Positions 34,595 to 46,882 of a DNA stretch of 64,000 nucleotides are shown piece by piece. A model generated the notes under the pieces. That model saw nothing but the letters and a program-made list of their open reading frames with translations. It had not been told where the DNA came from and searched no databases. The position numbers were made by a program, and so were the translations under genes. This DNA comes from Monocercomonoides exilis PA203 (Eukaryota > Protista > Preaxostyla): contig LSRY02000027.1 in assembly GCA_001643675.2 (NCBI GenBank), positions 124,001 through 188,000 on the forward strand. Reading direction: 5' to 3'. The stretch's first letter is position 1. The number at the start of each line of letters is the position of its first letter.

Positions 34595-37500
34595 TTATTG
34601 AGGTGAACCAGCTGTGTTTGATGAGGGAGATGAAATAGAAGGCAACTTTTGTTGTTTTTGATGCGAAGAAGACGATGGTGAAGTGAATGAAGTGGAAAAG
34701 AGCGACATGGCAGCAGGTGAAGATGAGCGGGGAACAGACGAAGGAGACGACTGAATGACAACTTTGCCATTCATCTCCTCATCAATCGATGAAAGTGAGT
34801 TCAATGCAGGCGATTTGTATGAAGAAGAAGAGGAAGCAGAAGAAGCAGAAATGGAAGGAGAAGAGGAAGAAGAGGAGGTAGATGATGATGAAGCTCCCAG
34901 TGATGAACGAGAGCGAGGCTGAGTCAGACGGCCAGAGGAACGAAAAGAAGATCCTATTCCGAGTGACGTCTGTGAGCGAAAGCGCGGCTGCTGTCCTCTT
35001 CCGCCTGTTGTCTCCTTCAGCAGCCCTTTTGCTGTGCGGGAGATGTTCGACAATTCGCTCCCTTTTCTGCTGGCAGCTCTCACCCGCTGTACCTCGGCAT
35101 CCTCATCGGCATGCTCAAAACTGACATTCTTGTCCTCATTCGCGTTTGACTGGCTGTCTACCCCAAAATCGCTCCTTCCTTCATTCGCAACACTCCCTTC
35201 GTCCTCTGCTTTCTGTGCCAGCTCTTCCATAAACCCGCGAAGAAGGTTGATTTCCTCCTGCTGTCTCCTCATCTCCTCGCTGTTCGCTTCCAGCAGCGCC
35301 AACAGCTGAGCCACTCTCGTCTTCCCTTCAATCAGCTCAGACTGTTCTGAGTGAGGACTCAGATAAAGATGCCCCTTCAGTGATGACTTCCTCCCAGTGC
35401 TTGTGGTTGATCCAGTGGCTGTTGTGAAGAGCATCCCATCAGGCGACACAGAGCGGTCGTATGTTGATTGAGTGCCACTTGCTGTTGCGTCCAACAGAGG
35501 AGTCGTCGATCCCATTGTCGATGTGCCCATGAAGGAGCCTCCATGCTCACTGCCACTTGTCGTGCTGACTGTCCCATCCAAACCAGAAAGAGGCAAATTG
35601 GGTGAAATTGAGCCTGGCCGTTGGGGAGACCCAGAAGACGACTGAGAAGCAGCCTTCAGCGCAGCCACCTCCTTCTTCATCTCCTGAATCTTCAGCAAAA
35701 GCTCTCTTTTCTCCTTTCTCAGATCGTTTATCTCCTCAATCAGCGTGATGTTCTCGTCCAGCTTCTGCTGCACCTCCCCTTTTCCTCTGCTTGTATACCT
35801 TTCGAGTGAATGCTTCAGTGTTGTCACTGACTTCTCTAAAAACTCCCTCTGCCTCGCAAACTCCTGCGCCTTCTGTTCATCTCCCTCGTTCGATGACTTC
35901 TCATCTTCTGTCTTCACAAACTTCACATAAATCTGTTTGATCTTCTCCTTCCACTGCTTTTCCTCACTCTGCAATATCTCATGCAAGTCGTGTCTGAACA
36001 TCTCAATAAACCTCGTCTGCTTCGCTGACTTCGCTTTGAGTGTCTTGTTCTCTTCCTTTAGCCCTGCCATCCGCATGTCCTTCTCCTTCAGGTCGAGCTG
36101 CGTGGCAGTGGATCTTCTGTGCTCCCTCTCTAATTCTGCATCCATATCCTGTATTTGCTCCTCCAGCGCGGCTATCTGCTCGTTCTTCGGCTCAATCGTC
36201 TTCTCCAGCTCTTTTATCTTGAAGTCCAGCACAAACTTGAACTTGTCCAATTCCTGGTTCTCCTTCTTCAGCCGCATAATCATCGTCTCCTTGTCGTTGA
36301 TCGTATCCTCATGCTCACTCATCCGAATGTCATGGTTCCTCAAATCATTCCTCAGCTGCTCCACTGTCGCCTTCGCCTCCATAAACCTCCTCTCCAACTC
36401 GTTCTTCGCCTGCTTCAATGGTTCTACATCATCCATCGCATGACGCAGCTGTGTCTGTATTGACAGGATTTCTTCATCCATCTCCTTCAGCCTCTTCCGC
36501 TCCTTCGCCATTTCTGCCTGGTGTGTCATCTTCAGCTGCATCAGCTCCCTTTCTGACTCATCCTCCTGTTCCCTCAGCTGCTGCTCGTATCTGTCTGCCA
36601 ATGCGCGCATCTCCTCCTTCAGCCCTTCAAACGCCTTCTGATTCTGCTCATCAATCGACAGGTAGTGCTGCTTGATTTTGTCCTCCTTCCAACTGAACTG
36701 GTCCTGCATCTGTGTCACCATCCCGTCATACTTCACCTGAAGGTCTTCTTTCTCCTGCTGCAGCTTTTTGATGTTCGCCTGCCGCAGCTGCACATCGTGT
36801 TCATACACTTTCTCCATGTCCTCCATCGCCTGCAGGTGCTGCTCTTCCAGCTCAGTCACTTTTTCATCAAACTTCGTCTTCGACTCATACACCTGGTCCT
36901 CCAGCGACTTGATCAGCGTCTCCTTCGCCTTCAGCTGCTCCTCAAACGCAGAATTCTCTGCATCCAGTTTTTCATTGAACTGCTTCTCCTTCTTCTGCAG
37001 CATCGTCTCCGAATGTGCATTCAGCTCTTTGATTTTGTCCTGAAGCTGCGAGATGTTCAGCTGCTGCTCGTCCAGTTCTGCTTTTGAGATGATGTTCGCA
37101 TCCCAAAACTGACTCATCTCTGGCCACCGAGGAATCTTCGCCTTCCCTGATGCATCGATCGGCTGCACTGCCCAGATAAACACAGCACCGTCTTCACCAG
37201 CTGTCACAAGAACAGCTCCATCTGCTGCCAGACACACTCCGCAGCAGCTTCCAGAATGGCCAAGATATTCGTCACAGACTGGAATCATCGAAGCAGAAGA
37301 GCCTGATGAAGAACTCACCCCACCGCCTTCGCTTCCATCGTCCTTGGCGCTTCTGTTTGTTCCACCAGAGCCAGAGGAAGAGCCAGCAGTCGATGCATCT
37401 CTTGCAAAGGTATCAGCCAGTGGCCAACCATACACACGAATCCCTCCAGATGCCATTCCACACGCTAATCCAACAGAAGAGCCGTTGAGCGATGCCTGTG

Positions 37501-39676
37501 ATGTCACTCCAGCTGAACTGCCAGAGGCAGAGGAAGAGGCAGACGATGATGAAGAAGAGGAGGAAGCAGAAGCAGAAGCAGCTGCAGCAGAAGATGAAGA
37601 CGAGACGACTGATCCAAATCCACCCAGATTCAGTGCAGATGTTGGAATAAGAGCCATCTTAGTGAATCTCTTTGACATTCCTCCTGTGGCGAACTCGATT
37701 GTGGTGTTCCCTTCCACAATCTCCCTCAGCATCAGATCTGTTCCACACACTCCGACCACTCTTTTCTCTCCACCTCCTCCGACAACCATTCCAGAGTATG
37801 CACAGCCAGACACCACAGACTCTGTCTCCCGCTTCACCTGCTCTCCGCCTGTTATGTCCAGATTCCACTCATACACTGCACCGTCCATGCCAGCTGAGTA
37901 GAAGTAGGAATCAGACGGGGAAAAGCTGATGGCACGAACTGGTGCAATGTGTCCTCGCATTGATCCAACACACTCTCCAGTGAATGTGTTGTAGAGTGTG
38001 ATAGTCTTCGCATGTGCACACGCAAAGAGATTGCCGCCGTGTGAGAACAGCACCTCCTGGCAGCCAGACTGCTGAGGAAATGGAAACTCCTTCAGCACAT
38101 CGAGTGTGGTGGGCATGATGTTCATCAGCTTCACTCTGTCTCCGCACGACAGCACCAAATGGAATCCTGATGGATGAATGGAGATGGAGCGTGTCTCTGT
38201 GTCGAAGTGCTCTGCCAGCTCGCACTCCATCGTGATGTAGTTCCAAATGCGCACCCATCCGTCTGCACCGCATGTGGCTGCAAGAGGCTTGCGCAGGGCA
38301 ACGCTGAGGCCAGTAATTGGCGCTGAATGGAAGCCCTGTGCCACGTATTCGCACAGGAGATCGCGCTCAGCAGTCATCTGCGTCTCCACCAGCGACAGAT
38401 TGAGGAGGCAGATCTGCGTGTTCCCCACAACACACGCAAGTGTCCCTGCATTTGGAGTGATTGATGCAGCAGTTATTTTCAGCTGCGATGGGTCTGTTGG
38501 TGCAAGTCCAGCACTTTGTGGCTGAAGAATAGTCGCAGAAGAGATCGATGGAATTGCTGAAGAAGACAATGATGATGATGATGAAGCAGATGAAGACGCA
38601 TTCCCAGAGTTCTTATCGGTACTGGTACCATCTTTCAGCATCTTCATTTCATTCACTCCAGGCAACTCAACCAAATGCTTCAGTCGATACAGCTCAGCTT
38701 CCTCAGGTGCAAATTCAAACAGTCCAATCTTTCCTTTCTCTCCAACAACAATAAACCCATTCTTTCCCCACGTCAAAAGCCCAGTCACTCCAATTCCTGA
38801 ACCAAGCACAGTTGTCAGCGTTAAGTGCAGTTCTCCTCGATCATACACACAAAGATCACCACGGTCTGTGGCAGCAAGTATTCGATCCGCTTCTGGAACC
38901 CACAAATGTGCAGTAAATGTTGGTGGATCTCGTCTTCCGGAAATGAGATTATATTGCTTCAAAACTCCATCGGTAAGTCGATATATTTTTAGTGTTTTAG
39001 GTCCAGACAAACAGATTTGAGAGTTATCCAAAGGGTGAAATGAAACTTGCGTTGTTTGTGTGGTTTGTTTAGCAACCCCAAGGACACGCAGTGGTTGTCC
39101 CCAATGCCACATAACAAGAGTGTAATCTGGTCCTCCGCAAACAGCCGCACAATGTTTGCCATCATGAGACAAAGCAACACAATGAAAATGACTATCCCCA
39201 ACATCCGCAGGGCGAAGAAGAGTCCTTACTTTCTTTTGCGTCATTAAATTAAAGATGGATATTTGAGGAGTTGGAGATTGTGGAGAAACAAGCGGACTTC
39301 CATTTTGCATCGCAAGAAAATTCAAATTTGTGATATCATCTTCAGAAATTTCACATACAGCAAGATATTTTTTATCAGGACTTAAAGAAATAGCTGTCTG
39401 TGTAAGTATCTTGGTTTTTTCTGTTTCCATAATGAAATTCATTGTTTTCGATCCTGTTCGAAGAATAGCATAATGTTTCCCGACTGGAAACAAAAGCCTG
39501 TCGTTATCGAGGAAAAATATATTATCATTAAGAGTCTTCACAATTCCAAATGCATGTCTTGATTAGAAATATATAATTTTTGAATGTTATGAATCATAAA
39601 AATTAAAAAGCTATTCTTAAACAAACACAGGAGAAATTGTCACTTTATGGTGTAAAAGAGATGTTGACCCCGACAT
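34595..39676 (-). CDS. CFAP57: Cilia- and flagella-associated protein 57 (WDR65)
   Basis: HAFG...NIFF.D...LFP.G start, two WD40 propellers (FH..PITGL....RKPL.ATCG.D..VRIWNY), long coiled coil with NQELDKFKFVLDFKIKEL...IEP. Short first exon from 39676. Confidence 0.9.
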
Positions 39677-40148
39677 ATCTGATAAGACTAATTATAATCT
39701 AATAAATATGAAAGTGATGTCCTTCAATTTTATGTAAATCTCGCAAAATTAGTCAATTAGTTTTTCAAAATAAACTCTTGATCAAATATGCCACAACTTA
39801 GATCTCATTAATAGAATTATCGTACTCTAATATTAAAAAAAAAAGAACTTTTCAGTGATTGGAAAAACTCAAAATAAAACATTTCATTGCGAATTTGGAG
39901 CAAAGAGTGTATTCATTAAAAAATAATTTCAAAATTCTGAATCATTTTTTTTTTCGAAAAGAGCATAAACTTCTCAATCTTGAAATTGTGTTTGATCTAT
40001 TTTCAATAACTATTTAGATAATCTATTTTTGAATAATTTTTTCTATTTGAAGCAAAAATATGGGATAAAATATATGACTTCAGGCATATTCATTGAAAAA
40101 ATATGCACTTTTCATAGACTTTTTGAGATCAAAAAACACAACAAAAAT

Positions 40149-41410
40149 GGGTTCATTTTTTGACATTCGTGAAATGTTGGAAAACTTTAAGTTTTGATTT
40201 CTACTATGTCTGGTTACGGATATGAAAATCATATTTATTTTGAAATCTGAAAAAGCGAAATAAAGTTATGAGCGAAACAATTTTTTCATGCTTTGTGCAT
40301 AAAAAGCTTGAAAGACCATATTTCCTCCCATATTTTCAAGTGATGATAATAAAAATTCAGTTGATATTTATTGTTTAATTCCAAAAAAGAAATCAAAAAT
40401 TAATAATGCGAAAGAGAAAACTCTTCAATAAAGTATTGAAGGTATTTTTAATACACAGATAATCAAAGATTATTCAGTTCCTTATTTTTTTTATTATTAT
40501 ATCACAAGGAAAACAGTTTATGTTGTGATTTCTTGATTTCGTCTTCTTCTTTTTTCAAATTGAATTATTAATTCTCATTTTTGTTTTTTCAATTTTTCAT
40601 AAACATTTGCAGAAACTTTCATAATTTCTATTTTTTATTGCTTTGTAATTTCATTTGGGTGATTATTTTTGAAAACATAACATTTATCGGAGTGTTTGAA
40701 ATAATGAAAATTCATTGTCGTTGGACTTATAATTTTTATTCAAATGTGAATTGTTTATCAATCATTTCAAAAGCTCTATAATGACTGAAACAAATAGAAG
40801 ATGCGTCATAAAATGATTCCATCACTTTTTTGGATTTATTTCAAATTATTATTACAAACATTCATCTCGAAATTTTTGACAGTCAAAATCCAATTTCGAA
40901 AATAATCACCCATTTTGAAATGACGATTTTTTCAAAAATATTCACTTTCAGTTGAAGGATTCAACATAATCCTTTGTATTAGAAAAAATTATTATAGTAT
41001 AATGAAGAAAATCTTTTATCTCAGATGTTGCACATGGATACAATTTTTAAGCTTGAAACACAATGATGAAAATTTTCTTCGTAATGACACATAACTTGGA
41101 AAATGTTCTTATACAGAAAAATATATTTTATTTGTGAAGAAACATGATACGTCAAGCTATTTCATAAAAAAATTTTGAGCTTCTGATAAAAATTATGGAT
41201 TTTCAAATAATGAATAAAATACGCTCATTTCTTGATATACGTGAGATGTCACAAAACTTTTTGTTATTTCATCAATGATATCTACTGACCGATATGAATT
41301 TTCAATAAATGAAAACTCTGTGGAAGTTTCATGCAGATGAGATTGAAACAAAGATTGATTATTTGTGCTTAAATGCTTGAAAGTCCGCATTTTCCCCCAT
41401 TTCTTTAATA
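40149..41410. repeat. Cluster of non-autonomous ISL2EU-derived fragments
   Basis: 40149-40330 and 41220-41405 match the reverse complement of 10325-10508 (shared TTTGTGC.TAAA.GCTTGAAAG.CC). AT|GGGTTCATTTTTTGA terminus at 40149. Confidence 0.75.
40657..40911. mobile_element. 255-bp MITE with ISL2EU-type termini
   Basis: GGGTGATTATTTTTGAAA / reverse complement GGGTGATTATTTTCGAAA (17/18). Left part resembles 7123-7240. Confidence 0.65.
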
Positions 41411-42148
41411 ATCGCTCATTTCAAAAAAATATATTATGGAGTTTGACAATAATAAGCATAACCAAAATCATTCAAATTTGAATTCATTAACAAAAAACAT
41501 AAAATTAGACAATAAGAAAATCCATAATAATTCTTGCAAATAATCAAAAAAAATTATTTTTTATCTTGTCTGAATTGTTAAAAGAAAAAGAATTATAAAA
41601 TTTTGTCAAAAGAAAAATAAAAATAATATCTTTTCTTATTATGTTTAAAACTTTCTTCTTTTTTGTTTTTGAATCAATTCATTCAAGCTTTTCTGAAGTT
41701 CTCACAAAACAGAAATGTTGCAGTCTATCGGTTAGGCAAGTTGTTTTTCTTGAAATTAAATTAATTTTCTTGAATAATAATTTAAAAGTTTGTTTCATTA
41801 AACTGAAAAAAAAAAAAAAAAAAAAAAAAAAAAGAATGAAAGAAAGAAAGAAAAATTTGACCTTCAACATTAATCAGAAAACATGATCTCCAAAATTTTC
41901 TTTTGTAATTCGTTAGATGTTTGAAAAAAAATTATAACACAAATAATAAAAAACAGAAAGATCAAAAGTTAGTTTTTTTTCTCAATTGATTTAAAGCAAT
42001 TGCATGTCACTTAATGCAGTTTGTGAAGCAATGCATAATTTTATTTATTTATATTTAGCTTATTATTACAAAACTTTATCAATTTTTTGCTTTTAAATTT
42101 TGATTGAACGTTTGAAAAAATGAACATTTCCAGGTTGCTAAAAATGCA

Positions 42149-45100
42149 ATGGATGGTAAAATTTTAAATTCTGAAAATAGAATTAAAGCTAACATAGATA
42201 GCACAATGCTAAGAAATGAACATACTGTTAACAATGAAAACAGCTTGTTTTCTAAAGAAGAACCAGAATCTGACACTGAAAGGAGCGCACTATCAGATGA
42301 TGAAGAAGATGAACATGGATTAATTTTAGGTATCGAAGAAAGTGGTGAACGAAAGACAATTCCAAAACCTCAAAGTTCGTCTCATCTTTCAGAATCAACT
42401 TCAATTCCTCCAATTTTACAACTAATACAAGTGTCAAAAACACTAGAGATTCCACAATATTTATCATTTAAACATTTCTTCCTTTTGGCAATCCGATGTC
42501 AGACGAAAGAATTGCTGAAACAACTTCTTCTTTTCACTTACAGAAAGATTACAACAACTCCAAAGCTCTTAAAATTGATACAAACAAGATTAGAAGAACT
42601 AGAGGAAACAATAGAATATGCAAAAGTAAGAAGCGAATCTGTAATTCCTTATTCTTTTGAAGGATGTGAAGCAGCCGTTTCATTACATCAAGACGAAAAT
42701 TCAGTAACATTTCATCAAACTGACACGAGATTACAGAGGCTTCGGCGTGAAGAAGAGTCGTTAGCCGATCTGTTTTACCTTTGGGTTAAAAACTTCAATG
42801 ACCCTTATGACGAATTTATCCATTCTTCTCTTTTCGACAACGATTCTTCTTCATCTTCTCTTCTTTCTGCCAACTTGTGGAATAACGAAGGGAATTCCTT
42901 GTTTTCTCCAATGGAATATTCTTATTCATTGTATGCAGACACACACCCATCCACCTCTCCACATCTTATTCCATCTGCTTCATCCGGCAGCATTTCATCT
43001 CAGAATGGTGCCCAATCACAGAAATTCACTCCTCCAATGCAAAATACCAAAGAACAGTCAACAGCCTCCGCTCGTCCTGTTTTGTATATCAAATTTCTGT
43101 CTGTTGCACAAAGCATACAACTCTGCGGGTGCGTCTCAGCTGTTGGAGAGAAAGCACTGCTTGCACTGGAAAAGCAAAAGAACGAAATTCTTCTCAGAAA
43201 AAAAGCATTGACAGAAGAAGAAAAGCGAAAAGAAAAAGAAAAAGAAAAGGAAAAAGAAAAAGAGAACGAGAAAGAAAAAGCCATCAAAAAACAACAAGAT
43301 GAAAAGGAGAAAAATGCATCTGCAAATGGAGGAGGCTCACTTGGTGATTTGATGATGCGGAGTGTGGACATCTCTCTCTGTGCAGATGGCTCCAATGGAA
43401 GTGACATTCCAACAGAACAGCTTCATTCATTTGCCGAAGACCAGCTGCCACTCAGCGGCCATTCAACAGACTCTCACTTACAATACCAGCTGCAAAGTGA
43501 AAGGAGTGCAAACACACAAACATCTGTACTCCGTCCATTCACATCTGAAGAACAGAAAGAGGTGCCCATTGTGAAAGTGCGTTCAGTCTCTTCGCTGTTC
43601 AGACCGACAGCTGTTGATGTGAAGCGCTTTGCCTTCTCTCTCATCAGAATCCACGCTTCCTTGTTTCACTCACTTGCTCTGTCTGAGCTGGTCTCCAAGT
43701 CGTGGATGGACTCTGCCACCAAACAGCTCATCTCTCCGTCGATTGTCCAGCTGACCAGCCATTTCAACACAATCACCCGTTTCATTCCGCAAGTCGTTCT
43801 TTCGTGGAGCACTCCAAAGGAAAGAGCGCTGATCATCAACGACTTCTTCACAACTGGAATGATCCTCGCTGAAAAGGGAGACTTCCACGGAGCTTTTATG
43901 ATTTATGTGGGATTGCAGCACAGATCAATACAAAGACTCAAAAAGACAATTGCTCTTGCTTCTTGTTATCAGACAAGTGGCAGTGATGCTTCATCATCAT
44001 CCTCTTCATCTTCATCATCTTCATCTTCCTCCTCCTCTTCTTCCTCTTCTTCTGGCTCTACATCTTCAACCATGCCATCCTCTCTATCATCTGGCTATCC
44101 CAGTGTCTCCTACTTCTCCCAGTCTTCTCTTTCTCTTCCTTCTTTGTTCTCCCTCTTTTCCGGCCCGCCAAAATATGCTGTCTTCAAAAGGTATCTGGAA
44201 GAGTACTGCAAACCGTATTTGTATCCACTCCCTTTCATTCTGCACGACTTGGTCTTTCTCGAAGAGAAAGGCGGGTTTTCTATAACAGTCAAGACAACAA
44301 AGAAGAAGAAGAAGAAAAATGACACGAAGAACGAGGAGAATACAAAATATGTGGAAGAAAAGACACTTTCTGTACCAAACAGACCAAGCTGTCGCGTTCC
44401 ACCTGAAGATGAAAGCGAAGAAAATGAAAAGGAAAAAGCAGAAGAAGAAGAAACAAAGGAAGCAAAAGAGAAAGAAAAGACAAACAAAGCCAATTCCGGT
44501 GGAATTGTCAGAAGCATTAAGAATGAAAAATCTTCAGAATGTGAAATGAGCAAACCCAAAAGTGTTGCATTTGCATCAGATTGGAAAGTTCACACAAGTC
44601 AATTGAATGACACAACAAAGAAAGACATCACATCAACACACCACAAAACAACCATCAATCATCTTTCAAAGCAACCTGCTGAATTTGAGCAGAATGCAAA
44701 GATCAAAAAACAACATCGAAAAAACAGGAGAAAAGGAAAGATTCATTCAGACTTACAGAATTCAATAGCAGCAGCAGCTGATGCAGATGAAGGCTATTTG
44801 TTTTTGGATTGGAGTGATTCATCAGTGTCTGCACCTGGTGTAATAGCTGAAGAAGGAGAAAGAGGAGAAAAAGATAATAACAGAAATGTTTCTAAAGGAA
44901 AGACAAGCAAAGAATCTGAAGATAACTTGAAAGATAACAACGAAGTTTCATATTCATCAGAAAGAGAGCAGAAGCTGATGAATGTAGAGGCGTGTCTCAA
45001 GCTGTTTGAGAAAGCTGACAGTTTCCTTCGAGTGGCACAGAAATACGAAGTCAGAGACGAAACAGACGAGGAATTCGAGATGTTTCTGGATGCTCCTCTT

Positions 45101-46360
45101 TCGCCTGCCTTGAAGGACAACCAAACCACTCCTTTGTCTGCAGAGGGAGGGAAAGAAAACAGAAAGAAGAAACCATCTCCGTCTTCCTCTCCTTTTCAAG
45201 TGCTCACTGCAACAGATGCACTTCTCTCTGCCCATTCGTCTTCTTCCTTTGAGAGCTCTGTACTCCACCACACAACACACACACACACCAGGGTGATTGC
45301 TGAGTTCACTGATCCTTTCATCTCCATCGCTTCTGACGAGCAGCTTGTGGCAAGATCAAAGGAGTTGGAACCTCCTCCTTCTTTTCTGTCATCTTCATCT
45401 TCATCATCTTCTTCTTCTTCATCTTCTGCCTCTTCTCCTTCTCCTTCCCCTTTATCTTCTCCATTGCAATCATCTTCATTCCCTTCTTCTCCTTCTGCTT
45501 CTCTTTCTCCCTCCCTTTCACCCCCTCCTTTTTCTTTCTCTTCTTCTCCTTCTTCTTTTTCTCCCTCAAACAATTCTTCATTTCACACAACTGCCAACAC
45601 TTCGTCTTCTTCCTCTGCCTCATCCACACCTCATCCACAAACACACTTTCTTTTGAGATCTCATTCACATTCTTCTCCTTCTCCTTCCTCTTCCTTTTCC
45701 TCTTCTTCTTCTTCCTCTTCTTCCTCATTTCATTCAACTCGTTCTTCTTCTCCATTCAGTGACTTGTTGTGTGTGACATCATTCAAATCAACAGAGCGTA
45801 AGATCTCTTCTTTCCTTGACTCTGTCCCCACTCAAAAGTATTCCCTCTCATCTGACACGCCAATCACACTGCCTTCTCATCCTCTGTTCTCTTCTGCCAC
45901 TCACACTCGAATATCCCATCCTCCACGCAATATTCCTCCTCCTCCTTCCTCTTTCCCTTCTTCTTCTTTTTCTTCTTCTTCTTTCCCTTCTTCTTCTTCT
46001 TTTTCTTCTTCTTCTTTCCCTTCTTCTTCTTCTTCTTCTTCTTCTTTATCTTCTACTCAATCTCCTTCTGTCAGACAATCTGCTTCCATCTCACAAAATT
46101 CCACCAAACGTCCCAAACATTCATCCCGCTCTATTCTCCCATTTTACACACACAACACTCACAACACTCACAAAAGCAATGAATCATCAGAGAAATTGGC
46201 TTCTCAGCCTTCGCTGTCTGCTGGCTTCTCAAATCTCTCTGCTCCTCCAGCAACAGGCACTTTTCTTGATTCTTCATTGCCTTTTCGAAATGATCAGTCA
46301 GATAACTGCACAATGGACTATGTTTCTTTTCCTCCAATTTCAAATGATAATGTTTCATAA
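42149..46360 (+). CDS. RasGEF (CDC25-type) guanine nucleotide exchange factor
   Basis: ELVSKSW, PSI..LTSHFN.IT, ERALII..F, DFHGAF.I..GL....IQRLKKT, LHDLVFLEE, RSKELEP. REM-like region upstream. Single long ORF. Confidence 0.85.
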   Translation: MDGKILNSENRIKANIDSTMLRNEHTVNNENSLFSKEEPESDTERSALSDDEEDEHGLILGIEESGERKTIPKPQSSSHLSESTSIPPILQLIQVSKTLEIPQYLSFKHFFLLAIRCQTKELLKQLLLFTYRKITTTPKLLKLIQTRLEELEETIEYAKVRSESVIPYSFEGCEAAVSLHQDENSVTFHQTDTRLQRLRREEESLADLFYLWVKNFNDPYDEFIHSSLFDNDSSSSSLLSANLWNNEGNSLFSPMEYSYSLYADTHPSTSPHLIPSASSGSISSQNGAQSQKFTPPMQNTKEQSTASARPVLYIKFLSVAQSIQLCGCVSAVGEKALLALEKQKNEILLRKKALTEEEKRKEKEKEKEKEKENEKEKAIKKQQDEKEKNASANGGGSLGDLMMRSVDISLCADGSNGSDIPTEQLHSFAEDQLPLSGHSTDSHLQYQLQSERSANTQTSVLRPFTSEEQKEVPIVKVRSVSSLFRPTAVDVKRFAFSLIRIHASLFHSLALSELVSKSWMDSATKQLISPSIVQLTSHFNTITRFIPQVVLSWSTPKERALIINDFFTTGMILAEKGDFHGAFMIYVGLQHRSIQRLKKTIALASCYQTSGSDASSSSSSSSSSSSSSSSSSSSSGSTSSTMPSSLSSGYPSVSYFSQSSLSLPSLFSLFSGPPKYAVFKRYLEEYCKPYLYPLPFILHDLVFLEEKGGFSITVKTTKKKKKKNDTKNEENTKYVEEKTLSVPNRPSCRVPPEDESEENEKEKAEEEETKEAKEKEKTNKANSGGIVRSIKNEKSSECEMSKPKSVAFASDWKVHTSQLNDTTKKDITSTHHKTTINHLSKQPAEFEQNAKIKKQHRKNRRKGKIHSDLQNSIAAAADADEGYLFLDWSDSSVSAPGVIAEEGERGEKDNNRNVSKGKTSKESEDNLKDNNEVSYSSEREQKLMNVEACLKLFEKADSFLRVAQKYEVRDETDEEFEMFLDAPLSPALKDNQTTPLSAEGGKENRKKKPSPSSSPFQVLTATDALLSAHSSSSFESSVLHHTTHTHTRVIAEFTDPFISIASDEQLVARSKELEPPPSFLSSSSSSSSSSSSSASSPSPSPLSSPLQSSSFPSSPSASLSPSLSPPPFSFSSSPSSFSPSNNSSFHTTANTSSSSSASSTPHPQTHFLLRSHSHSSPSPSSSFSSSSSSSSSSFHSTRSSSPFSDLLCVTSFKSTERKISSFLDSVPTQKYSLSSDTPITLPSHPLFSSATHTRISHPPRNIPPPPSSFPSSSFSSSSFPSSSSFSSSSFPSSSSSSSSLSSTQSPSVRQSASISQNSTKRPKHSSRSILPFYTHNTHNTHKSNESSEKLASQPSLSAGFSNLSAPPATGTFLDSSLPFRNDQSDNCTMDYVSFPPISNDNVS

Positions 46361-46882
46361 GAATAAAGTTGAGTAATTATGGTAATTACAAAACAAGCGC
46401 GAACAAATGTAATTTGTATATGTTATTTGATGATTTGAGTTTAATAGTATTTTTCTATATATTTTGTGAATGCTTTTCCGAAAAGATGTTTTGATCAATA
46501 ACAACCAATATGTTCTTTTATTGATGCGAAAAAACATTTTGACGGAGTTTTATTTTTTGCGTTTTGTGGTTATTTTAATTTTTTATTTTCGAAGTAAATG
46601 TGTTTTATTCGTTGTGTATTAAAATGAGCTGTTTTTACCATTTATCATTCCTATCTCTATCGAGAGAAATTGAAACTTTTGTTGAATTCTTTTCTTTATT
46701 TAAATTATTTTTCAATTTTTTTTCGAAAAGAGTTTATAAATAATATTTTTTACACGGTTGCTAACATGTAGAAGCGAATATTAGTATTCGAAAAGTCAAT
46801 CTGAAATGATCAAAAGTGATCATTTGATCACAACCACTGTTCTGTCTCATTCTTCATTTGATTCTTTCCAACTCTCTTGTAA

